A DNA stretch of 48,059 bases from an uncultured Bordetella sp. (GTDB lineage: Bacteria > Pseudomonadota > Gammaproteobacteria > Burkholderiales > Burkholderiaceae_A): contig CAYFPT010000001.1 in NCBI GenBank assembly GCA_964345065.1, forward strand, positions 1-48,059, written 5' to 3'. The position numbers were made by a program, and so were the translations under genes. Shown piece by piece: positions 46,387-48,059 of this stretch; the first letter of the stretch is position 1; the number at the start of each line of letters is the position of its first letter. The notes below the pieces were generated by a model. The model was not told the DNA's origin, ran no database searches, and saw nothing but the letters and a program-made list of their open reading frames with translations.

Positions 46387-47979
46387 TCAATAGCCTACTG
46401 CCATTCCATCGCGCCGGGGGTCCGAGCCTGCAACATAACTGCAAAAGTTTGCCTTTGTTTCGAGCCGCATGATGGCCTGGGCCCCACCAAAATCGAGACT
46501 ACCCGGCGGGGCAATCAGCACTTGGTGGCCAAGTGCGATTAGGCCATTGATCGTGTTCTCGGGCATGGAGTGTTCAACCGTTAGCAGTCCATCATCGTTA
46601 ATTCTCCAGCGCGGTGAATCAATGGCCGCCTGAGGATTCAGATTGTCATCGATGCACCGCATGACCACCTGAAGATGCCCCTGGGGTTGCATGTTTCCTC
46701 CCATGACACCGAATGCCATGAGCGGCGACAGATCTTTTGTTAAAAAAGCAGGCAGAATGGTGTGGAAGGGGCGTTTTCGAGGGGCAACTTGGTTGGGATG
46801 CCCCGGCTTGAGCGAGAAGGCCTTGCCGCGATTATGAAAGGCAATGCCTCCAGGAGCCACAACGCCAGATCCGAAGCCTTGATAGTTGGATTGAATATAA
46901 GACACCATCATGCCCGCCTGGTCAGCAGTACAGAGGTAGACCGTGCCACCGTTTTCCGGCTGACCCGCGGGGTATTGCCCGGCGCGTTTTGGGTCGATAA
47001 GCGCCGCTCGGGATTCTAAGTAATTGCGATCTAGAAATACCTCGGGCGCCCTGGCCATCCACCTTCGATCAGCGAGATGTTCATACACATCTGCAAACGC
47101 GAGGCGCATGGCCTCAATCTGCAGATGAATTCTCTGTGCGGAGTTCTCCGGCAGAGCGCGCGCATTGATGGCATCCAGTATTCCCAAGGCGATTTGGGCG
47201 GCGAGTCCGGAGCCATTGGGCGGAATTTCATGAATTTTTACAGAACCGTAGGCGGAGGACACGGGTTCAACCCATTCGGCCTGGTAGGAGGCCAGATCGC
47301 TTAGCGTCATCACTCCGCCGGTTTTATTCGAGAATTCAACAATGCGGCGAGCCAGTGCCCCCTGATAAAAAGAATCACCTTTTGTAGCGGCTATTTCGGC
47401 GAGAGTTTCAGCTTGTTGCGGAAATAACCAGCGTTCACCCGCCTTGGGCGATTGATGATCAGAAAGAAAATTTTCTGAGAAGCCGGGTTGATCAGCGAGA
47501 TTTTCTTTCGCGATAGCCCACTGGTGAGCAATGATTGGTGAAACTGGAAAACCATCGGAAGCGTACTGTAGTGCAGCAGAAAACAGATCTTGGAACGTAA
47601 GCCGCCCAAATCTTTCCGAGAGCATTCGCCAGCCTGAAACTACCCCCGGCACAGTAACACTTCCCCATCCGGTCGAAGGCATCGATGCGGCATTCGAAAA
47701 ATAATCGGGAGTCCATGCTTGTGGTGAGTGGCCCGATGCATTTAGTCCATGCAATCGACTGCCGTCCCAGACCATGGCAAATCCATCCCCACCAATGCCA
47801 TTCATGGTGGGCTCCACAACAGTCAAAGTAATCGCCGCTGCGAGCGCCGCATCGACCGCATTTCCACCTTTGCGTATCGCATCGAGCCCTGCCTGAGCCG
47901 CCAGCGGCTGAGACGTGGCCACGATATTCTGGGCAAGCAGTGGCGCCCGCCCGCGCGAGTCCCGGGTGTCGAACTTCAC
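46387..47979 (-). CDS. Gamma-glutamyltransferase family Ntn-hydrolase (YwrD/HpxW-like)
   Basis: ATSQPLA, GGNAVDAA, GIGGD, catalytic Thr in GTVY, KRPFHTI and GVMGG.MQPQGH. Confidence 0.92.
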   Translation of the reverse strand: MKFDTRDSRGRAPLLAQNIVATSQPLAAQAGLDAIRKGGNAVDAALAAAITLTVVEPTMNGIGGDGFAMVWDGSRLHGLNASGHSPQAWTPDYFSNAASMPSTGWGSVTVPGVVSGWRMLSERFGRLTFQDLFSAALQYASDGFPVSPIIAHQWAIAKENLADQPGFSENFLSDHQSPKAGERWLFPQQAETLAEIAATKGDSFYQGALARRIVEFSNKTGGVMTLSDLASYQAEWVEPVSSAYGSVKIHEIPPNGSGLAAQIALGILDAINARALPENSAQRIHLQIEAMRLAFADVYEHLADRRWMARAPEVFLDRNYLESRAALIDPKRAGQYPAGQPENGGTVYLCTADQAGMMVSYIQSNYQGFGSGVVAPGGIAFHNRGKAFSLKPGHPNQVAPRKRPFHTILPAFLTKDLSPLMAFGVMGGNMQPQGHLQVVMRCIDDNLNPQAAIDSPRWRINDDGLLTVEHSMPENTINGLIALGHQVLIAPPGSLDFGGAQAIMRLETKANFCSYVAGSDPRRDGMAVGY

Positions 47980-48007
47980 TGGCCGGGTTTAAGGGTAGCT
48001 GTCGGCG

Positions 48008-48059
48008 TCATTGGGGTACAAATCCGATTGATCTGACAAGGTCACCGTAGCGTTTATAG
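48008..48059 (-). CDS. Partial CDS (C-terminus), probably a Bug/TctC tripartite tricarboxylate transporter substrate-binding protein
   Basis: Minus-strand translation YKRYGDLVRSIGFVPQ* resembles Bug-family C-termini; only 16 codons visible. Confidence 0.5.
   Translation of the reverse strand, partial: YKRYGDLVRSIGFVPQ

Noticed and set aside
1..48059. Mobile element, prophage, CRISPR array, tRNA/rRNA, riboswitch or tandem repeat
   Set aside because: No integrase, transposase or phage ORFs and no repeat-spacer periodicity. Intergenic gaps are short (about 200 bp or less) with no RNA structure I recognise. A covariance-model search was not possible, so small RNAs cannot be excluded.

Overview
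This is a gene-dense bacterial chromosomal region with 44 intact CDSs and one partial CDS. I saw no tRNA, rRNA, CRISPR, transposase or integrase. Gene content and a Bug/TctC-like C-terminal fragment at the right edge suggest a Burkholderiales-type betaproteobacterium (inference). Almost the whole window is catabolic. It encodes two TRAP transporters, a xanthine-dehydrogenase-family Mo-hydroxylase (CoxG/M/S/L-like, not form I CO dehydrogenase) and an ATP-dependent hydantoinase/oxoprolinase A+B pair whose B chain carries a fused acetone-carboxylase-gamma-like zinc domain. It also encodes a DhpH-like FAD monooxygenase, a luciferase-like monooxygenase with a flavin reductase, seven hydrolase-fold proteins (several with non-canonical catalytic motifs), MaiA, three beta-hydroxyacid dehydrogenases and one TetR regulator. 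The best candidate for an undescribed system is a catabolic regulon for an unknown N-heterocycle or lactam. Three dispersed promoter regions share the palindrome TTRATC-N4-GATYAA (5941, 15120, 29628), with an N6 variant before the Mo-hydroxylase genes. All assignments come from motif recognition by eye; no database search was run and the substrate is unknown.
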